NCBI GenBank assembly: GCA_024137785.1
Contig: JAHRHZ010000139.1
Span: forward strand, 38,300,717-38,364,716
Length of the DNA stretch: 64,000 nucleotides
Direction of reading: 5' to 3'
From: Ginglymostoma cirratum
Lineage: Eukaryota
Within the stretch, counting starts at the first letter, position 1; every line of letters begins with the position of its first letter. This document shows, in pieces, positions 52,732-64,000 of the stretch. The notes beneath the pieces are model-generated. The model ran no database searches. It worked only from the letters and a program-made list of their open reading frames with translations, and was not told where the DNA came from. Position numbers and translations under genes: made by a program.

Positions 52732-54896
52732 TGATTCATTCCTCCACTGAAGTAGCTTCAAAGTTAAGATCAGAATGCATTTTTCCATATTATATAGAGG
52801 CCACTTTGATCCAGAGTTGGCTTTGGCACTTGCTCAAACGTTGCTTTTAGATAAGTTAGGTGAAATCAGCTCCAGTTGTTTGACAGGAGTTGAAAGGAGA
52901 AGTTAAGAGAATTAATAGATTACTCCAAATGTTTGCATTAAAAGGAGCAGTTTTGTGTGACGGTGGATTTAGAGGCCAATACTTTTATCATCAATCCAAA
53001 TGTTATGTATTGTGCAGGAAGGAATTTTCTCTATTTCCTCTGCACGGTGCTTGCATTCTGAATCCAGTAACTTTCCCCTTGCTTTAGTGTTCATATTGCC
53101 AATGTCATGGCTATTGTGTGGTTACACCCTCTTTAGAGGAACCATCGTGATGGTACAGTAGGATGCCACAAGACTGAAAACTGAAGAGCTAATAGGGGCA
53201 GGACATTGTATTTGCACTTCAGGCAGAAAGGATACTGTTTATTATGTGCAGGGGGCTTTTTGATAGAGGTCTCAAAGGTTAAACAGCTAGGATGTGTAAA
53301 ATGAAAAGTCCATTGTCTGCTAATCAACTTACATTTGATGAGAGCAGAAGTCTGGACCAATTTTGAACCTTGGGCCTCCTGGTCCAGCCACATACTGGTC
53401 TCAAGGTTCCAAAGCTGGGCCTCAGAACTGGCTTGACATGAAACATTCTCATCGTGACAGTCAAGTTGGTCATTGGCACTAGAGGAAAGCAGATCATCAA
53501 AGAACGTATAGAAGTGGGTAAGGTGAGGTACTGAGTGGCAATAGAGCCAAGTTTGCAATAACAAAAGGCCCATTTCACTCCACTGAGGCAATCAACCATG
53601 AATATCTGGGGTATCACAATTAGCTTAGCGACAGCGATTAAATACTTTTACACAAATATCTATTTTTATCCACCCAGGCCCCACATGTCCCTAGTCAAAG
53701 ATTTTGGCCATCTCAACCCCAAGCTTGTACAATCTTGTATCTAATACCATTGATTTTTTTTGAGTAATGGTCTATCAGAGGACTTCTGTAGTTTTCTCAT
53801 TCCTTAAGTTGAAACAAACCTGACAATGTGTATGCTTATGTGAAATTTAACTCTCAGACATACTGCTACGATCTTGGTACAAGCCAGTAACTTTTAAAAG
53901 GAAATTCAAAGTCCCATTTGTTAACTGACAGAATTTTGCTGCAAGATTTCACATTTCAAATAGCCCTTTCTTTCTACAAGTGTTAGACAAAGTAAAATAT
54001 CATTAACATAAACTTTGTAAACACACACTTTAAGTTCAAAAATCTCAACAGCACTTGCATTTTACTCTTATTTCCACCAAAGGTTGTCTCTATTTTATTG
54101 TATTTGAGGGTCCCTTCATTTCTACTTGGACCAAACCAAGGCATGTCACAGCTCTAAAGAGTTGTCTTTGATTCTCCTCACTTTTCCTGCTGTTTTTCGA
54201 GCTATGGGATCTCTCTGAATCCTTACGCTAGGCAAACAAATCCATCTCTCTCAAAGCACTTCACAATAGTGCGCAGCTCAAGCATGAACCTCACTGTATT
54301 CTTTCTTAGTGACTCTAAATCCGAATCACCCCGAGAAAGAAAATCACTTAGATAAAACTCAAAGCCAAAAACAGCATCCTTGCAATTTAAGCTCGTGGTA
54401 ATGTGGTACTCCTGAAATGTTTCACAAAGTAGTTCAAATTAATTATTCTTAGTTACAAATCCAACCTTTCTTTTGAGAAACTATGAACAATTTAAGTGTT
54501 TTATTTAGACAGCTACAGGTCTCCCACCTCCAGCAAAAGGCACAGGGAGGTTAATTACCTTCCATTACGTCCTGCTATGACCTTATTAAACAAACAAAGA
54601 CCATCCTTTTATTTCCAATTACTTCAGGTTTGTATGCCAGGTACTCAAACCAGGTGTTTTCATTTAAGCGACATTTAAAAATTTCATTCTTTAACCTAAT
54701 TGTTATACTTCGAAGTCATGTGAATCATAAAATTAGCTATTCTTGGCAATAGTGTTAATTCTTACTTTCTACTTCCAGTGTTAATTCCGAGCTGTAGCAA
54801 AAATGTTCCAAAGGAATGAATGTTTTGATCTCTATTGTTGCCTGCATTTAAGGGCATGAGATCATTGGATACAGTTTGGTAGTCTTTCTTTTCCAG

Positions 54897-55155
54897 GTCT
54901 AGAAAGGTTCTGAAGATGTGGCAATTTATGGACCAATCTGACATTGAAACTATGAGAAGCCTGAAAGATGCTATGGCACAGCATGAATTGTCATCTGAAT
55001 ACCGAAAAGTAGTCAGCCGTGCTCTGAACATCCCAGGCTGTAAAGTGGTCCCCTTTTGTGGAGTGTTTCTGAAGGAGCTTTGTGACGTTCTGGATGGTGC
55101 AGCCACCTTGATGAAGTTTCACTCGCGTTGTGATTCTCAGGAAGACGCCATCGAG
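54897..55155 (+). CDS. PLCE1: PLCE1 internal coding exon (RasGEF domain)
   Basis: Acceptor tctttcttttccag|G, donor GAG|gtaagc; 259 nt, phase 2 to 0. [67 protein letters not shown]...EDAIE, with the RasGEF VPF.G.FLKEL motif. Confidence 0.96.
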
Positions 55156-55574
55156 GTAAGCATTGTGTGCCCTGACGATGAAACCAAACATTGTGTGTTG
55201 GACAGCTTCCTTGTCTAATTGCAAGATTTTCCCTGGCAGATAATTTAACTCTGTAAGAGTAAAGAATTGCTCACAAATCTTCTGTTGCTTATTTCATTTT
55301 CCTTCCAAAAGCAGCCAGCAGTGCCTATAAATTCAAATTGAAAATGATGAGATTCAGTTTGGTAGTGAATAAAATGCGAAAAGGAATGGATGCTCTGTTC
55401 TAGTTTTCGACTGTGCCACTTTTGCATGTGAAATTCCATTTAAAAAAAAAGTCATTTCTTGGTTTGTTTAATGGGTGAGGAGTTTTAATGCACCTTCACT
55501 TGCTGGAAAAAAATTGAATATCAGAGCCACAAAATGTGTTAAGCATGCACTTTTGGGTGTGAGCAGATATTGAA

Positions 55575-58500
55575 GGCTAAATTTTCCTGATCTCAGCACT
55601 GCTGCAGTGTGAGGACCTCGCCTTTTTGAGGTTGGCATGTGGCAAATATCAATGTTTTGCAGGACATGATCGATCAGTGGGTCACCTCTCTACAATAGCA
55701 GCACAATGATGTGCAGTGGGCACAAGCTGGAGGCAGGAGATGGAAGTCGTGGGCCCCGTTTAAAGGGTGTGCATCTGGTTTCAAAGTTCAGGCAGCCGGG
55801 GAGAGTCATCCTTCATGGAACCATCGATCGAAGCAGTGCAGGCCCAAGGTTCACTGCTGCCCCATGGAGGTGATGGTAGAGGTGGTCTCAGCCTCACAAA
55901 CCACATTGTTTCCAGAGGTCAGCACACAAAGGAGGCTTGGCTGGAACTCACCAGAGATCCAAGAGCACAGTATGATAAGAAATATTGGACCCAGTGCAGG
56001 AAGTGCAGCAACAATCTTCTCCTTTCTGTAGAGGCGAGGATGAAGCTGTCAGCCATGAATATGTTATAGAGACAGCACAGCTCTGAGCAGTACATCCTAA
56101 AGTAGGCAGTGAATAGAAATTCTTACAACTGAGCAAGGAGGAGTGCACTGTCACCTTAGTCCCATTACCTCATTGGTTACAACATCAAATAAAAATAGTT
56201 TCCAGTTATCAAAATGCCTTATCTGTGCCATGTGTTTTAAAAAAAATCTATCAATCAACTTTCCTAACCACAAATGATTTATTATCAAAACAAAACTTTG
56301 TTCCGTGCATTTACAATAATTAGTGAACACACACAGTTGGTAATTAGAATCGTCACAGAGAATCCCTACCGTGTGGAAGCAAGCTATTTAGCCCATCAAG
56401 CCCACACTGACCCTCCGATGAGCATCTCATCCAGACCCATCCCCAATCCTATCCCTGCATTTCCCATGGCTAACCCACCTAGCCTGCACATATTTGGACA
56501 CTGGGCGATTTTAGCATGGCCAGCCCACCTAACCCGCACATCTGTGGGAGGAAACCGGAGGAAATCCATGCAGACACTGGAAGAACGTGCAAACTCCACA
56601 CAGACAGTTGCTTGAGGGTGGGATCAAACCTTGGTCCCTGATTCTGTGGGGCAGCAATGCTAACTACTGAGCCACTGTGCCGCCAGTAATCTAGAAACAT
56701 AAATGCTTTTTCTTCTAAACAATATCAAAAGAGAGAGAGAGAGAGACCCATTCTCTCTCTCTCTGTCTCTCATTCTCACACACTTACACTCTGTCACACT
56801 CTCTGACCATGTCGTACACTTACACATGCACACAGTCACAGTCCTCTTGTGTCCCAGCTGAAGACCACACAACAACAGAAGCCAATCACTGTTCAACGGT
56901 GCTGGTAGAGATCTACAGCAAAGCAAGCCTTCATCACCAGTCATGTGATTTTCAGGGCATCTTGTTGAAACCTTTCCAATGTCCATCGTGACCTTTCAAT
57001 GATCTCTTTTAAGGAAATACCCCATCCAGGTATTTGCCCAAAACTTGAAATAAATCCATTTTTCCACACTATTCTCCAAAAATTATATTCTCTAAGAAAT
57101 GTTATGTGTTAAGTGTTTTCATAACAACATGCTAAGGTGATTATTGTCTGTTACCTGAGAGAAGGGAATGAAACTATGTCAGCTTGTGACATGAGCATCA
57201 GTTGTGAAAGTGTATCAAGATGGGAAAATGGGACGGCTACGTGGAGTTGACATATCCATCTTCATATTGCAGGAGAAACATGCATCCAGTGTCTAAGGGA
57301 GTAATTTCTGAGGGGTTGAAGGAACAGACCTGGCCATCTTGATGCTCCTGATGAGAACAGGAGGCCCTTTACATTGGGAAGATGGTAGCAGGGGTTGGTG
57401 ATAGAGAGATTGGTGTGTGATCGAGAGAGCGTGAATGTTTATTGGATTCTTCATGAAAGTGTTTTCAGGAGGGGTTCACCTTTCTGAAGTCGTTTCCAGT
57501 GGATGCCACAGCTGCTGAGATGGAGCAGGTCATGTAACTGATGTTTTCTGCCTTCCTTGTTGATGATGCCAAAGGATTAGTAGCAGCTAATTCTTGAGGC
57601 CATTGCTGCCTCTGAGGTTGACTTGTAGCTGAGGAACTGTTGTCCTGGGATTGAATCGCATTCTTCACTGGTGCAGGTACGTGGCTCCTCGTTTGATCTT
57701 AGAAGGAGTGGCACAATATGAGCAAGCAGGGCAACATGTGAGCGGGAGAAGGTGGCAAAACCAGTGTGCAGTCTCCATTGGACAGTTCCAGTTATGTTTA
57801 CCCAGTTGGAGGACCCAGAGCCCTGGGGACCACGTGTACAGCAGGTGCCAGTGGAGGAACAACAAGACGTGGCCATCAGCAGAGATTCCCGAGACAGTGC
57901 ATTCCCTTACGATGAAAGTGGAGGAGCCCGTTCCAGACATGAGCGTTGCAATGTGTCAAACTCATGTGCTGTCTCTCTCTCTCTCTAAATAAGAACATGC
58001 GGATTGGACTGAGGCAGAATGGGGTGGTGTAGATTATGCATTGCCCAATGGAGCCCCATCTTCTGAAACCGCTCCTTTTGACCCTCTGTAATGGAACCTC
58101 CAACAGCAGGTGGCGATGATGAGAGATGGCCCTGAGGAGGGGAGCTTCAGCTGCAGAGTTTTCAACAGCAGGTGGCGCCAGTCAGGGAGCGCAGCTGGAG
58201 GAGTCAAATGGACCTTCTCTGGAATAAAAAAGTCTTTGGGGAAAGCAGTCCTTATGGGAATAAGGAGCAAACAGGCAAAAGATTCTGATATTAACCACAA
58301 GCTTCATTTGATGTTACTACAGTAAATAATTATTTGTTTAACTGTAATTTTCCTTTATGTTTATAATGACCTGGTGTCAGTTGGGAACAGAATCCCCACT
58401 TCATGATCCTTGTATGGTCAAATCCCACGTTGCTTAAGTAAGACTGATGATAATCCTCAAGGCTTTCTGACTGAGGCTGTCCTGGCACAAATGCACTGGT

Positions 58501-59453
58501 TCAGCTGGCTCTGGTGCTGTTACGTGTCCCAAGATCCAAAGGAAAGGTTGTCTTGCCTGCGAGGATGGCCTCTTGAACACTTAGCCTCCACATCCTAGTC
58601 ACAGGGGAACATCATGTAAGAGCTCTTGCAGGAGGGCATAGAGTTGTTGTTAGAATTACAAAGACATTCACCTGGCTGCACGTTGAGAAGTTTTCCTTAA
58701 GTTGATGCGTTTGAGTAAGATGGCTGTGTTTGAAAAATTTGCATTTGTCATGTCACTTAGTGTGAGAGATGGGATTTAGTCACTGCCTGTGTATGGGGTC
58801 TGAAAGTGTGCCTAGACTCCTCAGTGATTTATGAGTGCTAAACCCTGCGCAAACTGGGCCTGTCCTTAAATTCTGGAGAGGGACTGCTATGTATAAACCG
58901 GCAATCTGATTGAGTCTGTCATTGAAGGCTCTGCCGAACTCAGGAGAGGTGTTCCTGGATCGGAATGTCCTGGACCACAGGTTCTCTCCATCGTTCTAAG
59001 CCAGCTCAGTGTCAACACCCCATGATCAGAGAGTTTCTTAGCCACTTGAGACCTCAGCTGCCAAACTGCTTGTCTACCTTGCTGAGGTCTTCAATAAGAC
59101 TTTCTTCCTCTGTCTCAGGTCACAATCATGCATCAAGAACAGCACAATGATTCCTGCGTTTAGGGGTATCTTTCAGCGCCTGTCCCTCTCGGTGGCGGCA
59201 GCAGCAGCATCGTCATCTGCATGGACTAGGAGCTGTTGCAGGGTGTGTCTTGTCCACTTCTGGTAAACTCTCAATTCTCAATTTACGGCTGTCTCCAGTG
59301 CCTGTCTGCTGCTACTGGGCATGTAGCCACCTTCGCTACAAACCACTTCTGGAAAATGTGCAAGGGGGCAACTATGGATCAGGTAGCTGGCATGTTTACA
59401 CTTCAGCACAGATTGGAAATCATCATTTAACTCACCTTCTCAAAATCTAAGCC
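55575..59453. mobile_element. Decayed PIF/Harbinger-like transposon (~3.9 kb including a nested SINE)
   Basis: Plus-strand Myb/SANT-like remnant TKEAWLEL...KYWTQCRKCSNNLL (55925-56020); imperfect TIR-like ends ggctaaattttc / caaaatctaagcc. A transposase remnant near 58950-59300 is only weakly visible. Extent uncertain. Confidence 0.5.
56345..56684 (-). mobile_element. HE1-like V-SINE
   Basis: Minus strand ggcggcacagtggctcagtagttagcattgctgcc.cacag...ctgtctgtgtggagtttgcacgttct; same family as 31268-31608. Confidence 0.88.
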
Positions 59454-59775
59454 AGGTTTTCAGGAGAACTATAGGGGAAATATTATTGCAATGGTGGACT
59501 AAATTATGTTTCCAGTGTCTTTTAACTACTAACGTGGGGTTTAGAAACACCTCAGACCAGTTCAACCTGTATACGATTTGTAACCTGTAACCTTCTTAAG
59601 GTTTGTGTAGATTCCCACTGTACACAATAGTGAAATTTATTACATAGGGTATGTGTGAAGTATGGAAAGTAAAGTGGCTAACCGTTTTCAGCCCTAACTA
59701 TGTGAAACTGTTTCATAAGTCTCCAATTTAATCTGTGCTATGGGGAGATTGCTAACACTGAGAGAATATTCCCAG

Positions 59776-59984
59776 TTTGTTGCAGATTACAATGGCCAGG
59801 ACCATTTCTTTCAACGGATTGGGAAAGATGGCCTAAACAATACTGAGAAAGAATCCACAGTAAACAACATCCTGCAGACCATTCGAAGCTGTAACAGAAG
59901 CCTCGAGTGTGAGGAAGGCGAAGAAGGTGCCGGTGAAAGTTGCACTTCACGGAAGAACTCGTTCAAAGACAGAAGTAAATATCA
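59776..59984 (+). CDS. PLCE1: PLCE1 internal coding exon (end of RasGEF region)
   Basis: Acceptor cccag|TTT, donor CA|gtaagt; 209 nt, phase 0 to 2. FVADYNGQDHFFQRIGKDGLNNTEKESTVNNILQTIRSCNRSLE...RKNSFKDRSKYQ resembles PLCE1 as recalled (FVADY.GQD.F.QR...KESTVN.I...IRSCNRSLE). Confidence 0.93.
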
Positions 59985-60838
59985 GTAAGTAATAGAACAG
60001 TTTCCTAATGACATTCATTACAATAAAATACGCATGTGGAGACAGCTCAATAAGGTAACTGGAACAAGCAAGTCTGTCTGTTAACAACAGACGGAGATTT
60101 GACAGCTCATCATGTCACTTCTAACAGTGGTGTCTCATCAGCTAAGTAGATTTCCATTGGCTGTTAGACCTCACAAAGTGAACTGAAGGATTTTCCCAAC
60201 CCCTCCCACTTTGCCAGCGCTCCTGGTATTACTCCCACTCCGTTGAACATTCCTGCTGCTTCAGGGAGCCGTACACATCCAGGTAGAACTTTCAGGAGTT
60301 AGGCCTAGGGAATTGATCTTTGGGTTTGGGCTTAGGGACATGTTATTGTTAGGGTTAATGTTATGTGTAAAGTTTCAGAAAATTGTTTTCAGGGACTGTA
60401 TTATTTCACTGGAAGAGGCATTTACTTTGAGGGTGGGTTGGAATTCGGTGTATTTTTGCTATTAAGGGAGTTGAATCCACCTTTATTTTGTGCCATCCTG
60501 ATTATTTGGACAGCTAGAAGTAGTTTAAACTTTTTAGTCTTGCTACTTCTCAGCGGCTTTCACAAGACTGTAGTAAACTGGGAAACATTTCTACTGAGTG
60601 ACCTCCAAGGGGGCCAGGCTACAGACCATGAGTAGGCTTTGTTTCTGCATACTTGACTGATAAGTCTCTGGAGGTTTTTCATATGGGCCGTGATGGGGTC
60701 TGCAGAGTTTGCTTGATTCAATTGGAAAAGATGCCTATTTCTCTGCTATTGCAGAGTGGTGGAAAGTAAGCAATTCATGGGTATCTCTAAGCTCTTGATT
60801 AGTCTGTTCAATGCATAAACCAACATATTGTATCACAG

Positions 60839-61361
60839 ATAACAAGGTGTAGAACTGGATGAGCACAGCAGGCCAAGCAGCATCAGAGGAGCAGGAAAGC
60901 TGACGTTTCNNNNNNNNNNNNNNNNNNNNNNNNNNNNNNNNNNNNNNNNNNNNNNNNNNNNNNNNNNNNNNNNNNNNNNNNNNNNNNNNNNNNNNNNNNN
61001 NNNNNNNNNNNNNNNNNNNNNNNNNNNNNNNNNNNNNNNNNNNNNNNNNNNNNNNNNNNNNNNNNNNNNNNNNNNNNNNNNNNNNNNNNNNNNNNNNNNN
61101 NNNNNNNNNNNNNNNNNNNNNNNNNNNNNNNNNNNNNNNNNNNNNNNNNNNNNNNNNNNNNNNNNNNNNNNNNNNNNNNNNNNNNNNNNNNNNNNNNNNN
61201 NNNNNNNNNNNNNNNNNNNNNNNNNNNNNNNNNNNNNNNNNNNNNNNNNNNNNNNNNNNNNNNNNNNNNNNNNNNNNNNNNNNNNNNNNNNNNNNNNNNN
61301 NNNNNNNNNTCTACACCTTGTTATCTCAGATTCTCCAGCATCGGCAGTTCCCACTGTCTCT
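60839..61361. mobile_element. Penelope-derived insertion with inverted ends spanning the assembly gap
   Basis: agataacaaggtgtaga (60837-60853) and its reverse complement (61310-61326) flank the Ns; near-TSD atatt[g/t]tatcacag at 60825-60838 and 61362-61375. Confidence 0.8.
60910..61309. other. Assembly gap (400 N)
   Basis: Run of N characters. Confidence 1.
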
Positions 61362-62139
61362 ATATTTTATCACAGTTTGTTGCAAGGATAAATTGGCAAA
61401 GGTATTTAAATCATTCACTCTTTGGGGCTTTTGTCAGTTCGAATGAATGGTGTCTCTGTCAGTCCAGTATGTTCTCAGCACCACTGAAGTGACAGCTTTG
61501 ATTTTGGACACAAGACTCTAACGTTGGACTTGAACCAACAACCTTTTAGAGGTAGGAGCATTTTAATGTGGCATTGAGACAACTACATGTACAAACACCT
61601 GAACTTGAGCTAACAACATTCTGGTCCCAAATCATTAATGTATAACTCAATATTTTAACATGTGCATTTATGCAGCACTGGGGTGTTCCCAATTGCCATT
61701 AGTGATAAGCTGGCGACAACCTATTTAAAATAATGTTATTACTCGGTTTACAAAAATATGGTTACCATTGGTGTTAAAGGGAGAGAGTCACCAGGGACAT
61801 TAGGAGAAGCAGGTTACTGTAATATTAAACAGTGCAAATTTAGGCTTTCCCGCATCCATCCTTTTTTTAAAACTTAAGTTTTCTTCAACGGTCTTTGGGA
61901 AAAAGAGGAGTTGATGGGTGAATAAAATTTAGCTTTTGAACTGTTGAACCCAAGACGCTTCAAGCTCATTCATAAAGGTCATCCATTCCAGCATAATCTT
62001 GCGTCCTTGATGGTTGAGTCAAATTTGTACATAACAGGGACATTTTTAACTTATTAAATCACAAGCCAATATCATTGCTTTGTGAGATGTTTGTTTCGGG
62101 TTTCTGGTGAGAAATAACAGCATGTCCCCCTGTAACTGC

Positions 62140-62905
62140 AGAGCAAGTGCTTTAGCTCAGCAGGAAGATATCTGGCCTCTGAATCAGTAAGTTGTTTAAA
62201 CTGCTCTCCTAAGGCCTGCACAGATAACTTACATTGACCCTCCAGTGAGAGTTAATACTCTGGCAGGAGTGATGTCATAATGGTAACTAACATCACTGGA
62301 CTAATAATCCAGAGGCCCAGGCTGATACATAGAGACACGGGGTTCGACTACCCCTCCACTGACATCTAGTGAAATTTAAAAGCAAACGTTGATCGTTGTA
62401 AAAACCTATCTGGTTTCCTAATGTCCTTCCAGGAAGAACATTTGCCATCATCACTTGGTCTGTCCTACAGGTGACTCCAGAGTCACAGCAACGTGATTGA
62501 TATTTAATAAAAAGTGCTGTGACAAAGTCATTTCGTACAAAGATTCATGCCAGGAATAAATGAAGAAAAAAGAACCTTGAGCACTAGAGCAATGCAATGG
62601 GTGGAACTTTAGACTGAAGCTCTGAGCACCTTTTCAGGGGAACATAAAAGATTCCGTGTCACTATTTTGAAGAAGAGTGGACAGGTTCTCCTTAGTGTCC
62701 TGGTCAATGTTTATCCCTCACCCACCATTAAAAGCAGGTGATCTGATCATTACCTTGTTGTGGTGGGAAGTTGCCACGTGCTAGCTGGCAGCTATTTCTG
62801 ACACAATTACAGTAACTGTGCTTCAAAAGTATTTTGGCGATACCTCATTTTGAGATGTCCTGAGGTCATGAAAGGTTCTATATAAATTTTCAATCTGTGC
62901 TTCTT
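62140..62905 (+). mobile_element. Deu-domain SINE split by a second SINE (about 62265-62510)
   Basis: Head near 62170, Deu body and tail at 62610-62905 (cactattttgaagaagag...gtgtcctggtcaat.tttatccctca...cttcaaaagta...gaaaggt.ctatataaat); the inner SINE matches 14793-15150. Confidence 0.7.
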
Positions 62906-63904
62906 TACGGAGGAAAGGAGAAGTTTTTAAAAATATCAGACTCAGATGATGCAATAAAGCAGGCGTTTATTTGGTCCAACAATAAGATCACAAATAAATG
63001 CTTTGAAAATGAAGGCATTGGCCTGCAATGCTATTAGTATTAAACTATTCTAAACAAGCATTATTTAATGTCTCGCATTACATCTGGCCAAATGATTGTG
63101 AATCATGTGCAGCTGGACACAAATTGAATCCAGGCATCCAATAATGAGGCCAGAGTGAAACATACCATAAGTTTCAGAGGTTTTCTTTTAATTCTGAAAG
63201 TTTTTCATTTACTTGGCGCTTGAGAGCTCAACGTCCAGTACTTATTTGCCTCCACTGACTGTCTATCTGACTGTTCTTTCATTGAGATCCGAGTGGTCTT
63301 CTCTTTCTGTACCTTACCTTCTTCCATACTTTTATTCCTGAAGCACGCCAACTCGAGTGAAGAAAACTTCAGAATCGAATCGAGTGTTGTAAGTTGAACT
63401 TCTGCCTTGCTGCGCTGTCCACAAACAAACAATTAAAACTAACACATTTGTGTGAAGTGGTGTTGTTCAGACTTCTTTGATCTCTTGCCATGGTTTTCAA
63501 TTTTGTGATGCTTCCATATCTGAGGGCTGGTAGGACTCGGATGCTGTAACCTTGATTTTTAACTACCTGTATCTGATGAAAATGAGGAAGGAGAGGTAGT
63601 AAAATAGTGGTGGAATATTTAACTCCTCATTTACATCACACTCCTGCCCCACCAGCGTTTCAATTCCCAGCTTTCAGGTGGGGTCATTGCTGAGTTTCCA
63701 TAGAAACTGTCCCTGACACCGGCAATTAGTGTTGGGATTTCCTGGGGAGAAAAGAAGAAAATTCAGAACAGGGAAGGCCCACTACTTTGTTCTCCCCCTC
63801 TGCAGTCTGTCTACAAGTCAGTGCAGGGAACCATCCACTGGGACTTGATTGGGAGCCTCCTTCCCGAAATCCAACTCTCACTGCCTTTCAAGTGAGGAAC
63901 TGAT

Positions 63905-64000
63905 AGGGAAAATGGTGTTTTCTGCATGATCAGATCAGCTATGATCTTACTGCACACTGAAGCAGGCTCAAGGGGCTAAATAGCCTATTGCTGCTCCTAT
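63905..64000 (+). mobile_element. CR1 3' UTR fragment
   Basis: gatcagatcagctatgatctta...gcaggctcaaggggctaaatagccta..gctgctcctat. Confidence 0.65.

Noticed and set aside
53864-54673. Possible solo LTR (TG...CA ends); similar-looking regions near 34990-35640 and 44650-45015
   Set aside because: No target-site duplication found and boundaries are not defensible by eye.
60833-61354. 173-aa ORF
   Set aside because: Artefact of translating through the N gap.
63205-63432. 75-aa minus-strand ORF with an internal AAG|gtaagg donor-like site
   Set aside because: No recognisable homology or partner exon; expected by chance.

Overview
Eukaryotic, repeat-rich genomic DNA, very probably from a shark or other cartilaginous fish (HE1-type V-SINEs, Deu-domain SINEs, abundant CR1 LINEs). 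The only host gene I can support is PLCE1 (phospholipase C epsilon 1), + strand. Four internal coding exons of its CDC25/RasGEF region lie at 30560-30876, 52579-52724, 54897-55155 and 59776-59984, joined by phase-consistent GT-AG introns. The rest appears intronic: CR1 and L2 LINE fragments, SINEs, a solo LTR, decayed PIF/Harbinger transposons, and Penelope-like elements (PLEs) of at least two groups. Almost all ORFs in the supplied track are spurious or transposon-derived. The most interesting signals are RNA-level. (1) A series of minimal hammerhead ribozyme motifs sits at PLE ends, three with near-intact cores in sense orientation within one PLCE1 intron, and one in a 116-bp TSD-flanked mini-insertion. 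(2) Several PLE copies have inverted terminal structures. (3) An inverted pair of ~0.9-kb PLE copies brackets a PLCE1 exon. (4) One exon starts with GTGAGC and so regenerates a strong 5' splice site after ligation. PLE hammerheads are a known class. Their possible action on this pre-mRNA is inference, and I found no clearly new protein-coding system. Repeat boundaries are approximate and family names come from recalled motifs, not database searches.
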